This document shows positions 1-13,612 of a DNA stretch of 64,000 nucleotides, one piece after another (position 1 is the stretch's first letter; every line of letters begins with the position of its first letter). The stretch covers positions 44,640,001 through 44,704,000 of the forward strand of contig OX597818.1 of NCBI GenBank assembly GCA_951406725.2, in the 5' to 3' direction. This stretch comes from Octopus vulgaris (lineage: Eukaryota). Below the pieces are notes generated by a model, which was given only the letters and a program-made list of their open reading frames with translations, made no database searches and was not told the origin of the DNA. The position numbers and the translations under genes were made by a program.

Positions 1-248
1 AATAAGTACCAGTTGAGTACTGAGGCTTATTTAATTGACTGATCCCCTCCACCAAACTTGCTGACCTTGGGCCAAAATTTGGAACCAATATATTACTGAT
101 TCATTGAACATGGTGCTTTATTTTTAACGAAACACCTGTGATAAACAAGGACAGATACACTGCAAAAAGAGCAAAATAGTTCAGAAGGAAGAGGAAAAAC
201 TATAATAGCACCAGGATGGTCTCCCATTGCTAGGAAAAAACACACTCA

Positions 249-437
249 CTATTGAAAAGGTTGCAAGACACATGGAAAACTTTAGGAAAATAAAAATAAG
301 AAATAAGTGGAAAATTTACCGGTGAGTGTGTTAAATTATAAGGCACAAAAAGAAAATGACTCTCCCCAGACACAACAGAATATGCTTCAACACATGAACT
401 CATATAAAGAATCTTGCAAACCAAATCCCAAAATGAA
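249..437 (+). mobile_element. Dispersed repeat, probable Penelope-like terminal-repeat fragment (other copies 9045-9230 +, 61060-61198 -)
   Basis: Three closely similar copies begin at actattgaaaaggttgcaaga. The 9045 copy has a hammerhead-like layout TTGAAAA-G-GTTGC-aagac-GCAAC-GAAA. Confidence 0.6.
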
Positions 438-438
<1 letters not shown>

Positions 439-485
<47 letters not shown>

Positions 486-510
486 GCGTGTGTGTGTGTG
501 TGTGTTTGTG
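439..510. repeat. (TG)n microsatellite
   Basis: Directly visible. Confidence 0.95.
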
Positions 511-1156
511 TTATATTGTATATATGCTATATAGAATAGTTTATAATAATTTATTGGTTTATGCAAAGACTTTAAAAGTATAGCAGTTTTATGTTGCTGG
601 TGTTCGTTTAGCAAATTTGAATTTATATTTCATGAAGTGGGCAAATAAACAGAGATTGGAAATGATAAGAAATGCAATATAATTAGGTGTGCATAAGGAT
701 AAGACAGAATAAATAAGAGGAGAAAATTTAGGTGTCTCATTAAGAGAAAATATGAAGGGAGTCAAGAAGGGGAAAAATGCAGAGACAGATTTAGACAAAA
801 CTGAATGAGACTCAATTTGAAGAGTAAAGAAAGAAGTGGAAGCAAAGCAGAGGAAGCTCTTTCTGGTGTTATCAATTTTCAGATTATAAGGAAAATATGA
901 AGAACTGGTGGAGGAAGCAAAATATTTGTTAGAGGAAGTGATATTATCTGAGCCAATAAAAGTGCTAATGTACTTAGTTTCTTAATTATCATAAGAACAT
1001 GCACAGACCCACTTCAATCAAAACAAGGGGGAGTGGATGGGGAAAGAATAAAATAATGAACCTTCGTTAACCTTAATGCTTGATTTAATTTAATTTATTA
1101 TGTTTTATGTTATTGCATTCCACTTAAGAGAATTTACAGATTTCTTCTTTTTTTGT

Positions 1157-1552
1157 CTCTCTTTTACTTGTTTCAGTCATTTGACTGCGGCCATGCTGGA
1201 GCACTGCCTTTAGTCGACCGAGCAAATCGACCCCAGGACTTATTCTTTGTAAGCCTAGTACTTATTCTATCAGATTCTTTTGCCCAAACGCTAAGTCACG
1301 GGGATGTAAACACACCAGCATCGGTTGTCAAGCGATGTTAGGGGGACAAACACAGACACACAAACATATACACACACATACATATATATGACGGGCTTCT
1401 TTCAGTTTCCGTCTACCAAATCCACTCACAAGGCTTTGGTTAGCCTGAGGCTATAGTAGAAGACACCTGCCCAACGTGCCACACAGTGGGACTGAACCTG
1501 GAACCATGTGGTTGGTAAGCAATCTACTTACCACACAGCCAATCCTATGCCT
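1157..1552 (-). mobile_element. tRNA-derived SINE, family A (about 400 bp, internal CA/TA microsatellite)
   Basis: Minus strand has A-box TGGCTGTGTGG and B-box GGTTCAGTCCC, with a gtaaaaga tail. About 18 full or partial copies occur in the window. Confidence 0.9.
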
Positions 1553-2281
1553 AGTTTGAATATGATGTTATAGCTACATTGAATTAGTAATGTAACAAGG
1601 AATTTCTTTTTGCTGTTGGCCAAGGAGAACACAGGAAAAGTTAACATGACATCCATGGGCCTTTCTTTCATATCCTTGACCCTTACAAAAATGGAATTAC
1701 AGAGAAGAAATGTAAGGAAATTAATTGAAGATGATAAATGTTTGTTGGTAGATTGAAGAGAGATTACTGAGAAGGATTAGAAAGGTAAGAAGTGTGAACA
1801 TGACAGGTTGTCTAACTAACTGAATATACTTCACTGAGGAGGTTTAATAATAATGAAACATGTTTGTTCCTTTCACTTGTCTTTAAAGATATGATACTGT
1901 TTGTAGTTTCTTCAAATATTGATCACTAAATCTCATTGATGTTTTCTCCTTGTTTGTTGCTTTTCATCATCATCATTGTCACTATTAATGTTGGTTTTCC
2001 TTGCTGGCATGGGTTGGATGATACGACAGGAGCTGGCAAGCCAGAGGACTGAGCTAAGCTCCAGTTTTCTGTTTTAGCATGGTCTTTACAGTTGATGTCC
2101 TTCTTAATGCCAACCACTACAGAGTGTACTGGATGTTTTTTATGTGGCACCAGCCCAGTGAAGTCACTAAGCAACTTGAAAGAAAACTCAACTGAGGATG
2201 AGGTAGTATTGAGGTAAATGGCTTTGTGTCAAGTGAATTTTTGATAATATATCTGAGATGAGATTATTATTGTTATTATTA

Positions 2282-2335
<54 letters not shown>

Positions 2336-2339
2336 GCGT

Positions 2340-2655
2340 CGCCTTACTAGCACTTGTGCTGGTGGCACATGAAAAAAAGCATTTGAGCGAGGTCGTTGCC
2401 AGTGCTGCTGGACTGGCTCCTGTGCAGGTGATACATAAAAATCACCATTTGAGTGTGGCTACTGCCAGTACCTCCTAACTGGCCCCCGTTCCGGTGGCAC
2501 GTAAAAGCACCCACTACACTTTCGGAGTGGTTGGCATTAGGAAGGGCATCCAGATCAGATTGGAGTCTGGTGCAGCCATCTGGTTTGCCAGACCTCAGTC
2601 AAATCGTCCAACCCATGCTAGCATGGAAAGCAGATGTTAAACAATGATAATGATA
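2340..2655 (+). mobile_element. RTE-type LINE 3' UTR fragment (family C), 3 array units
   Basis: ggtggcacgtaaaagcacc units, then aggaagggcatccag...ccaacccatgctagcatggaaa and a (GAT)n-like tail. Confidence 0.85.
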
Positions 2656-3483
2656 GTATACTTACTGATAATTAAAAGAAATTACATGTTTTCACAATAA
2701 TCTCTAAAGTAAAGATAGTAAAATGGATACTGAAAAAAATAAATCAGATAAAGTTAGGTTAACTTTAGTTCAAACAGAAATTCAAATAAAACAGGAATTT
2801 CACTCCATATGATTTTTTTCTCTCACATGGAATTTGGAAATTGTTAACATTTCTTTGACAGAAGATAATTCTATATAAATGTTATGATTGTTTTCATTTA
2901 CACTTGGGTAGCAAAAATATCATTTATAATCTTGCATCTCTATCCTTATTGATTCAATTAACCCCAAACTCAATATGTTTAATCCTATTAAATCAGTTAC
3001 AAAATTCTACTTGTGTTTCAAGGATTAAAATTATAAAATATTAGAAAGAGAAGCTCAGTTAGGTTGCAGATGAAATTAACTCTTCAATGATATAAAAGAA
3101 ATATCATTGGTTCAGGGTATTTTTTCATCTTGATAAAATTTATAATCATTTGAGACTTTGACATTCTCTTGTTTATGCGGCTAATTATTGAAAATCTGCA
3201 TAAACAAAATGAAAACCCCACTGTTTTTCAATTACAGGAAGTCAAACGTGTAATAAAATGCATTGTTTCCTCTTTTATAACTTGCTTCAATGAAATAGTT
3301 CATTGATAAAATACAATGTGTAATACAGTGTGTGACTGCTAATCATTGCAAAAACTGATTTCTGATGCACTGTGAGGCACCTAATTGTTTAGAGGTTAAT
3401 ATACATGTTGAAGATATAATAATTTATAATGCAGGCACAAGGAAACATATTTTGAAAGAAACTATAGAACATTATATTAATCT

Positions 3484-3893
3484 GTGCTGGTGGCACATGA
3501 CCTGCTGTGCTTGAGGAGACCTATTGAGTCAAGTACATCAACATCAAAATGAATACCAAATGGAAACTGTAGTCGTGATACCTGTGCTGGTGGCACGTAA
3601 AAAGCACTATCCAAACGTGGCCGATGTCAGTGCCGCCTTGACTGGCTTCTGTGCCGGTGGCACGTAAAAAGTACCAAATGATCGTGGCTGCTGCCAGCCT
3701 CCCCTGGCACGTAAAAAGCATCCACTACACTCACGGAGTGGTTGGCATTAGGAAGGGCATCCAGCTGTAGAAACACTGCCAGATCAGACTGGAGCCTGGT
3801 GCAGCCTCCTGGCTTCCCAGACCCCGGTCGAACTGTCCAACCCATGCTAGCACGGAAAACGGACATCAAACGATGATGATGATGATGATGATG
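3484..3893 (+). mobile_element. RTE-type LINE 3' UTR fragment (family C)
   Basis: Same array units and terminus, with a long (GAT)n tail. Confidence 0.88.
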
Positions 3894-4286
3894 AAGCAGC
3901 AGTAGATTAAAATGGCCATTTGTATATCATACTTAATGTTAATACATTGTGAAAGGCAAATTTACTGCAGTACTTGTCTTGAGATAAAGAATGTTTATAT
4001 ACTGTTTTCCTATATCAGTGGTGACAAATTTCTTCTTGGCATGGAATTGGCTGTGAGTACTTGCTACTGACAAAGCTCAATGAGAAACAAATGCATCTGG
4101 CATTCTCACCAGATTATTTTTGTCTGCCTTGGATATATTTTGTGTTTTTTAAACACAGCTCCTCCATTGAAATATAATCTCAGAACAAATAATGTAGTAA
4201 ATTTGCTTTTCAGATTGTATTAAGTATGATACACAAATGGTTAAATTATATTAATTCTAGTACTGATAAATATTTTTATTTTACAG

Positions 4287-4393
4287 ATCTCAGAAAGGTG
4301 GAAAGAAAACTTGATCTCAATGGAATTCTAACTCTGAACCATGAGACGACAAACAACCCAGTGCTTGAAAATATTTATCATTTAATGAAATGA
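4287..4393 (+). CDS. Candidate terminal coding exon, product unknown (LRKVERKLDLNGILTLNHETTNNPVLENIYHLMK*)
   Basis: Strong acceptor tttttattttacag in unique sequence. One frame is open for 34 codons to TGA, with AATAAA near 4555. No homology recognised. Confidence 0.25.
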
Positions 4394-4577
4394 TAGAATT
4401 TACAAAGAAATCAATACTGAAAGGTTTATCTTTTGACTAACATTGAAACATTAAATGATTTATTAACTAATATTTTATTAATTCACATTTTATTTATGAA
4501 ATCGTTATTCAGAGCCTATATTTTGTCAACATTTTCACATATAAAAAGTAAAATAATAAAATATTAACATGTCAAAT

Positions 4578-4907
4578 AGGTACAGGAATGGCTGTGTGGT
4601 AAGTAGCTTGCTTACCAACACATGGTTCCGGGTTCATTCATCCCCATGGCACCTTGGCTAAGTGTCTTCTACTATAGTCTCAGACTGACTAAAGCCTTGT
4701 GAGTAGATTTGGTAGATGGAAACTGAAAGAAGCCTGTCTTATATATGTATGTGTGTATATATGTCTGCTGGGTGTCTGTGTTTGTCCCCCCAACATCACT
4801 TGACAACTGATGGTGGTGTGTTTACGTCCCCGTAACTTAGTGGTTCAGCAAAAGAAACCGACAGAATAAGTTCTAGGCTTCCAAAGAATAAGTCCTGGGG
4901 TTGATTT
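4578..4907 (+). mobile_element. SINE family A, 3'-truncated
   Basis: A and B boxes plus the body match the other copies. Confidence 0.88.
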
Positions 4908-5230
4908 TCAAAGAGATATTCATATCAGCAAAGCAGCTAACCTTTATGATGGTACATACTTTTTCGTGTCTGTCTGAAACAACAATATATGGCTTGTAAT
5001 GTTTACACTTGATAGAGATTTTGATGGGAAAGTTCCACCAATAATCCTCGTGATGTTTGTGTATGTATTCAATAACAAGAAGATTCTTTATATTATTTCC
5101 AGAGCAGTTTTTTACCAAACAGTATTGTATATTGTTTTAGTAACGTCATATCACATAGGGAAGTAGTATCTTGATGACATCTTTGGATAACTGTTAATCA
5201 CGTGTGTTTTCCACAGAAATATGACATAAT

Positions 5231-5451
5231 CCCTTAGCATTTAAACAAACCATATCCAACCCAAATATTTAACCTGTTTTATGTTAAAACTGACCAGATC
5301 TGTTCCCTCGCACCTATCCTACATTGTTGTTTTAAAAAATAAACAATCACATCATTGAAATCTCAAAGCTATAGAGATAATACACGATTAATTCAAAACA
5401 ATGTTGATAAATAAGCATTACATTTGGAAGAGAAATCTGAATGCCAGAGGC
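5231..5451. mobile_element. piggyBac-like MITE (degenerate)
   Basis: Imperfect TIRs cccttagcatt...aatgccagaggc. TTAA on the right and a TTAA-like sequence on the left. Confidence 0.55.
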
Positions 5452-5548
5452 TTAATAAATGCTTTTGGGTGCATCTTGGAGCCTGTAGATGCAACTAAAA
5501 TGCATGTATGCATTTATGGCTCTACATATGCATGCATATATGTGTGTA

Positions 5549-5929
5549 TTTTTACTTGTTGCAGCCATGCTGGAGCACCACCTTTAATCGAGCAACTCGA
5601 CACCAGGACTTATTCTTTTGTAAGCCCAGTACTTATTCTATTGGTCTCTTTTGCCAAACCGCTAAGTAACGGGGACATAAAAACACCAGCATCGGTTGTC
5701 AAGCAATGCTAGGGGGACAAACACAGACACACAAACACACACATATATATATATATACATATATACGACGGGCTTCTTTCAGTTTCCGTCTACCAAATCC
5801 ACTCACAAACCTTTGGTTAGCCTGAGGCTATAGTAGAAGACACTTGCCCGACGCGCCACGCAGTGGGACTGAACCCGGAACCATGTGGTTGGTAAGCAAG
5901 CTACTTACCACACAGCCACTCCTGCGCCT
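5549..5929 (-). mobile_element. SINE family A
   Basis: Near-consensus copy with an internal deletion near the tail. Confidence 0.9.
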
Positions 5930-6580
5930 ATAGTAAATCATATATATGTATATATATGTATATATGTGTATGTGTGTGTGGGTGTTTAGCCCTATGCTGT
6001 TACATACATGTATATAACTGTCTGTTGGCTATTCTATATAATATATGATTGTGTATATAAAAATAAGACTCTAAGCTCTTGTTATATTATTCTATAGATA
6101 GAAAAATGTATATATCTTAACTTATATAAGTGACAATATACACATTTGCATATCTGCATGTGCTTATCTGGATGTATTTGGTTTAAGTAGGATACTGACT
6201 GTCATACAAATAGAAATAACATTGGATTGAAAAGAATGTATGTGAGTTGGTACATGTGAGTAGATAATGTTTGCCTGCGTGTGTTTTGCATGTGTACATG
6301 TGCAGGTGCATTTGTATAGAAAAAGATATCATGACAATCATCATTGTCATCGTGGAAAAATTGGTTTAATGGATCTGCAGAAAAGCATATCTCCATTGAT
6401 CTTGGTTCTTTGACGAAGCATTTAGAGGAAAAGTAATCCAAATAAGATTTGCCTCAAATAATGAAGACGATCAACCCATGTCATGATACAGACTGGATGT
6501 TCAATGATGGTGATTATGGTGATGACAAATAAGAAAAGCACATATATGAATATATGAATACATATACATATATGAATGTG

Positions 6581-6633
<53 letters not shown>

Positions 6634-6879
6634 CCAGATAGATAAATAGAGAGATAGATTTAGTTAGATATGAATATCAATATTCATACATGAATATATA
6701 CATATATTCACATATTCATACAAACATACTTGTATATGCATGTATGTATGTATGTGTGTGTGTGTATGGTTTTGTTTTTATGTTTTCATTTCTCATTGTG
6801 TTCGACATGTTTTTGGTGTCCTGTACCCATATATGCATATGTTTTATTTATTATTTTGTTATATATATATATATATATA

Positions 6880-7283
6880 GTTGAAAATGGGTTAAGAGTC
6901 TATACAAATCAGAAACTATAGTTAAAAAAGTAAACGAAGTTGGAAAAGGCACAGCAGTATATTTTAGGGAATGTTTAATATTTTTGTTACACTGAATGAC
7001 TTACAATATAACTGGTTTCAATGTATCCATCTTTTCAAATATTAGAAAGAATTCTAAAGAGAAGATAAAAAATTGGGGGTTAACAGTTTGTATCCATATT
7101 TGAGAACTTAAACTGTTAACTCCCAATTTTTATTCATCTTTTTAAAATTCTTTCTAATATTTGATAAAATGGATTCATCGAAACTGGTTATATTTTAAAT
7201 CACTCACTGTAACAAAAATATTAGACATTCCCTAAAATACACTTCTGTAACTTTTCCAACTTTACTTACTTATTTAACTGTAT
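6880..7283. repeat. Fold-back element with ~170-bp diverged inverted arms (6917-7089 / 7110-7283) between (TA)n tracts
   Basis: For example ttagggaatgtttaatatttttgttaca pairs with tgtaacaaaaatattagacattccctaa; 20-nt spacer. Confidence 0.85.
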
Positions 7284-7301
7284 ATATATATATATATATA
7301 T

Positions 7302-7800
7302 ATCCAGAAATTCAATAATAAACAAAGAAATAAATTCGAATTGAAAGTCTTACTATAGATTTACTGTAGTCTTACTATAATACCCAAGCCAAGGAGGTCC
7401 ACAACATCATATTCCAAAACATACTGACACTGAAGAAGGACCCCACAGTGAACCAAATCCTCCAAACACATAAAGCAAAAGACAACTAAAATCGATGAAA
7501 AATATACTAACAAAGGCCAAACTTCACACAAGAACAACAGGACCAATAGTAAGTAAAAGAATACACAGGATCCAACTTTGGTATGCGTCTTAATCTGACA
7601 AAAGGATCAGAGATCCATTTCAAACAAAGACAACTCTTCACAATGAAAATAACTCTGAAAATCTAATCTATGGAAAACATCTTCAAGATAGGGAGAAAAC
7701 TGCATAGGACAAACGGGAAGTTCCTTAAGAAAAACACATGACTCTCCATAGAACATAAATTGAAATACAAGAATTCATTGACTTGATACAAGAACATAGT
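7302..7800 (+). pseudogene. Penelope-like element GIY-YIG endonuclease remnant
   Basis: Frameshifted translation NSENLIY...GENCIGQTGSSLRK/MTLHR matches the PLE GIY-YIG motif (N.IY...YIGQT...L..R...H). Confidence 0.75.
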
Positions 7801-7861
7801 GAACATATAGATGCATGTAGGGGTAAGAGATAACCTTGCTTTACAATTTCTCCTCATGTAT

Positions 7862-8024
7862 GTGCAGGAGTGGCTCTGTGGTAAGTAGCTTACTTACCAA
7901 CCACATGGTTCTAGGTTCAGTCTCACAGCGTGGCACCTTGGTCTTCTACTATAGCCTCGGGCCGACCAAAGCCTTGTGATTGGATTTGGTAGACAGAAAC
8001 TGAAAGAAGCCCATCGTATATATG

Positions 8025-8055
<31 letters not shown>

Positions 8056-8247
8056 CTGTGTTTGTTCCCCCAAACATCGCTTGACAACCGATGCTGGTAT
8101 GTTTGCATCCCCGTAACTTAGCGGTTGGGCAAAACAGACTGATAGAATAAGTACTAGGCTTACAAAGAATAAGTCCTGGTGTCGATTTTCTCGATTAAAG
8201 GCGGTGCTCCAGCATGGCCACAGTCAAGTAAGAAGAGTAAAAGAGTA
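7862..8247 (+). mobile_element. SINE family A
   Basis: A and B boxes, body and tail present. Confidence 0.9.
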
Positions 8248-8827
8248 TAAATTTAGTTATTACACAATTTTATGACAATGCATCAACAAACAAATAAGCA
8301 GACATCAATCATGTTTAAATACCTGAGGCAGAGAAAGGGATGCAACTGCTGCCAACTCTAATGTAACCTTTGTTAACGCTCCCACTGCTACCTATACTAG
8401 CTAGACTGACAAAAAAAAAATCTGCAACAACCACTGACATTTCTGCTACTACTACTAACAACCACACCTGCTGTCACTTCTGCTGACAGATACTCCCATT
8501 CTTGCTGCTCCAGCAACTGCCATGACCCAGCAAAAATTAGAAAGAAACAAAACACCAGTACTATGTGATTTTGCATCAAAAAAAATGTGCTCCTTCAGAA
8601 CTAATCTCATGAAAAGTTAATTTATTTCATTTTCCCCTCTAATTTCGGCATGACTAAATCTTCAAACAATTGAAACTGGTAGCATATTTTGATAAATATA
8701 AATACTTTCTCAAATACTTTCTCACTTTTATTCATGAAAAGCATTTTCTTTGGGTTTTTTTTTAAATACTAATTTACCTGTGCAAAACCTGTTAACCTTT
8801 TCTATATACATACATACATAAATACAC

Positions 8828-8881
<54 letters not shown>

Positions 8882-8884
<3 letters not shown>

Positions 8885-9475
8885 AAAATAGAAGATGGAG
8901 ATAACACTGATGAGCAACAGTTGATTTGAATCAGTTCTTATTTATTAATAATTTACAAAAAGACTGTAAATTATTCTGTTGTGTCTGGGGAGAGTCATTT
9001 TCTTTTTGTGCCTTATAATTCAATACAGTCAGCAGTAAGTCTTGACTATTGAAAAGGTTGCAAGACGCAACGAAAATTTTAGGAAAATAAAAATAAGAAA
9101 TAAATGGAAATTTTACCTGTGAGTGTGTTAAATTATAAGGCACAAAAAGAAAACGACTCTCCACAGACACAACAGAATATGCTTCAACACACGAACTCAC
9201 ATAAAGAATCTTGTAAGCCAAATCCAAAAACTATAAATTATTGATAAATAATAATTGATGCAAATCAATTGTTGTTCATCAATACTATCTCCATTTTCTG
9301 TTTTCTTTAAATTTTGATTCCTGACAAACTCCTGTTTATCCTTGGCTTTATCTATAATATATGAACATAACATTTTTGGACATGTTTAAATATAGCTAAT
9401 ATACCAGTGGTATTTTGGATACTTTTATCCCTTAGACGGTTATTGTAAACTCTAACCCAACTAGCCTTATATCAT
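8882..9475. mobile_element. Nested fold-back Penelope-like fragments (outer arms 8882-8955 / 9235-9308; inner arms 8972-9020 / 9131-9179)
   Basis: Two independent pairs of inverted arms read directly. The structure starts at a (TA)n tract and has a right-side extension. Confidence 0.75.
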
Positions 9476-9476
9476 A

Positions 9477-9800
9477 TCTATAAAAGGGAGGATGTGTGTG
9501 TGTGTGTGCATGTGTACGTGATTGTAATTTATGCATGTCCACAAATTAGCATGCATGTCGCTCCAATTTTAGGACATTTATCAACAGCCTATCTGGGTTT
9601 TGTCAACTTATTTTTTTCCCCGAGGCACCCGTGGGTAGCACAAATATCTATTTTCAGACATAGCTTTTAGCCACGAAAAATATCAGCCTTAGCTTTTTTG
9701 ATGGCATCTAACAAAAAAAAAAACAACTCCTAAACTAATCCCTTGACCCGTTTTCATTCTACCACCTTTTTTGCAGCAGCTCCTAACCTGTTGTGCTAAT
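9477..9800 (+). mobile_element. Probable Helitron 5' fragment
   Basis: a|TCTATAAAAG start followed by (GT)n, like the other Helitron copies. No 3' CTAG end found. Confidence 0.35.
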
Positions 9801-9967
9801 CTACTTCCAACAATAGAGAGCAGTTGCCATATTCCCTTCCATATTGGCTAACTCTGATGAGCATAAAGTTATATAATCAGTTTGTTACCTTATACTCCAT
9901 TCTATTCTTTATGTGAAACCAATTGGTCAGCTCAACCATGATAGATATTTGATACTATACATTTCGG

Positions 9968-10005
<38 letters not shown>

Positions 10006-10146
10006 AATACACATATACATATACACACACATTTGTAATATTTATATCAGTGTTTGCAGTCAATGTGTGTACATATATATGTGGTTGTATATGTCCATGT
10101 GTATTGTTTTGGCTATGCACATACAAAAGCACACACACATGTTTGA

Positions 10147-10185
<39 letters not shown>

Positions 10186-10728
10186 ACTTGGGCATTAGCT
10201 CTGAAATAATATTTACTTATATTGACTTATTGATAACAAAATATTAAATAAATGAATAATTTCAGCAGTAACTCACCAATTTTATATTTTTCTATGTATC
10301 CTCTGTGATCTTTTATAAATCACTAGTAAGAAACTTTGACTATATATAACAAATTCTCTTCACAGCTTTTTCTTTTGGAGTATAAAAGAATGTACGAACA
10401 TCTAAATACACGTTATATTTTGCAGACAAAACTCTTGCTATATAAATACATACACACACATGCACATATACATATATACATACACACACATGCACATATA
10501 CATATATACATACACACACACATACATAGATACATATGTAAGCAATGTAACTATATGCATGCTGTGGGCAATTTCTTTTACCTTCTCTGGACTTTTCTGA
10601 TGAAGAGTTATGCTTGAAATGCAAAAAACCTCTCTCTTTTTACTGAGCATTAAACTAATACATCCCTTGTGCATGCTATCTTGTTGTTTGTTATTGTTAA
10701 TTTTATTGTTCTTTTATTTCAATTGACT

Positions 10729-10759
<31 letters not shown>

Positions 10760-10760
<1 letters not shown>

Positions 10761-11245
10761 GGTAGAAAAAGTTTAAAAATTAAAAAAAAAACAGTGAATA
10801 CAAACATAATCAATTTATTAACATAGTTCAGTCAAATTAATAAGCTCAGTCATATTGCCTATGCTGTGTTTCGGCTGATTGCTGTTATTCAATATTTGCA
10901 CTTTCACAGTGCATATATTGAATAACAGCAATCAGCTGAAATGCAGCATAGGCAATATAAATAAATTTATTAATTTGACTGAACTATGTTAATAAATTGA
11001 TTACTCTACGTTTGTATTCTTATTTAAAATTTTAAAACTTTCTCTCCTATACTGAAAATGATGGAAATCTCCATAGCAATAACTGGAATTTCAGAGGTAT
11101 AAAGTACTAGTATTGAAGAACCAACAATAAACACTAGTACATATACATGTGAAATAATTTCCAGTATCGTTAATTGATATTAGTGCAAAACTGGTGTATG
11201 CCTTGATAATATATCCCAAAGAAAGAACAGCTTCTTTCTATACAG
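10760..11245. repeat. Fold-back element with ~140-bp arms (10760-10902 / 10908-11050) plus right extension, between (TA)n tracts
   Basis: gctgattgctgttattcaatatttgcact-ttcac-agtgcatatattgaataacagcaatcagc. The arm contains cagccGAAAC on the minus strand. Confidence 0.88.
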
Positions 11246-11300
11246 ATTTATATATATATATATATGCACATACACATACTGATAAAATGATATATACCTG

Positions 11301-11337
<37 letters not shown>

Positions 11338-11389
11338 TCATATACACACACACACACACATATATACACACACACACACACACATATAT

Positions 11390-11445
<56 letters not shown>

Positions 11446-12076
11446 ACACACACGTACACACTCACACACACACACACATATATATATATAGTAGAAAAAA
11501 GTATATATAATCAGCAACTAAAATACTGCAATTATGATGTTTCATTTCATAATCTTTAATTAGTCAATTACAAATTCAATATTTGCTTTTGTTTTCTCCC
11601 CATCTTATAAAGCAATCCATTCCAACCCAGATTTTCACTAATAAGTTGACTTTGGGACATATGAAAATAATTAGATTAAAAAAAGCAAAGTCTGATGTTA
11701 TATGTTATATTATAAAAAAAAAAAAAGAAGAGACTTTCACTAATCTCTCATTAATACTTCATTTGGTGAATGAAATATCAAGTAAAATATATTTACCAAT
11801 TCCTTGATGTATGATATGAAGATATATTTGTTCTGTCTCTCATACAAATATATCCGAGAAACAATCTCAAACGGGTCTAGTTTTAACAAGTGAACATAGT
11901 TTTTAGGTTTCAAAAGGCCATTATAGTTATTCTTGTGAAACAATTTTATACATTAGGGCAAAAGAAACAGCAAAATCTGCTAACATATAATAATATTTCT
12001 TCGTAAATGATATTTACGTTTTGAAACTGGCAAAAAGTAAGTTCATTTCAAAATACCAGGTGTATATTGACGAAGC

Positions 12077-12135
<59 letters not shown>

Positions 12136-12199
12136 ATGTATGGGCTTCATATATTTTACCCCAATGTCACTTTGATGACATGCACTGCTCTCTCACTCA

Positions 12200-12385
12200 A
12201 TAATAATAATAATAACATTGAAAATACCTTAGGAATGAGAACCCAGGTTCGAAATTTCCCCCAAGACACCTGATAATGGCTGGAGGGTATATCAGCCAAA
12301 ATGTGCTAACAACAAACAAGATGAGGACAAATATCCATCAAATGTAAATGATGTACATAACCCCTCATCTCTTAAATATAGAACT
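12200..12385 (+). mobile_element. Penelope-like terminal repeat with degenerate minimal hammerhead (12270-12303)
   Basis: CTGATAA-t-GGCTG-loop-CAGCC-AAAAT, a mutated CUGAUGA..GAAAC. Confidence 0.55.
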
Positions 12386-12629
12386 GAATCACATTATATT
12401 TAATTTTTACAAGGAAAATGTTGATAGTGACTTTGTAGTTTTGACGCAGTTGCCTCTGTCAGGCATACACACACACAAACACATGCCACACATCTGCTTT
12501 TAAGTCTCACAAAGTCCCAAACTACTCTGCCCTCACACATAAAGCCACTATCTACCACAGACAGTTCCTTAACAAATCTCTAGTAAATTGCCTGCATTAA
12601 AAAAATTAAAAAGTATAAATGATGGCAAT

Positions 12630-12990
12630 GTAAGAAATTTGTTTTCTAACCATAAGGTTCTGGGTTCAGTCCCACTGTGTGGTACCTTGAGCAAATGTCT
12701 TCTACCATAGCCTCAGGCTGACCATAGTCTTGTGAGTGGATTTGATAGATGGAAACTGTTGTATATACATGTGTGTGTGTGTGTGTGTGTTTGTTCCCTA
12801 CCACCACTTGATAACTGGTGTTGGTGTGTTTACATCCCCTTAAGTAAGTTCAGCATAAGAGACTGATAGAATGAGTACCAGGTTTAAGAAAATTAAAATA
12901 CAATGGTTTATTAATTTGGCTAAAAGCTCTTCAAGGTGGTGCCCCAGCATGGCCACAGTCTAATGCCTGAACCAAGTAAAAGATAAAATA
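12630..12990 (+). mobile_element. SINE family A, diverged
   Basis: B-box gggttcagtccc, body and tail present. Confidence 0.8.
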
Positions 12991-13247
12991 CTGGTATAAT
13001 AAACAGAACTACTGCAAAAAATTTATGGGGATGCTGACACCCACTTGCAGATATAAACAGACGTATATAATCAACAGCTAAAGTACTGAATTTATAAGGT
13101 TTCAATTCTTAATCCTTTATTAATTATAATTTAATTATCACTGTTTCTTTTCTTCAAATATTATAAAGCAATCCTAAATCCTAAATTTTCATTAATAATT
13201 TTCATGAAAATAATTAGATTTAGAAAAAAAGAGAATCTGTTGTTTTA

Positions 13248-13263
13248 ATATATATATATATAT

Positions 13264-13295
<32 letters not shown>

Positions 13296-13300
13296 CATAC

Positions 13301-13331
<31 letters not shown>

Positions 13332-13374
13332 CACATATATATATATATACATACATACATATATATATATATAC

Positions 13375-13419
<45 letters not shown>

Positions 13420-13494
13420 TATATATATATACATACATACATACATACATATATAAATATATATATATATATATATACATACATACATACATAC

Positions 13495-13559
<65 letters not shown>

Positions 13560-13572
13560 CTTACATACATAC

Positions 13573-13608
<36 letters not shown>
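13248..13608. repeat. Compound (TA)n/(TACA)n microsatellite
   Basis: Directly visible. Confidence 0.95.

Positions 13609-13612
<4 letters not shown>

Noticed and set aside
600-990. Purine-rich coding-like stretch
   Set aside because: Interrupted by stop codons with no long ORF and no identifiable domain
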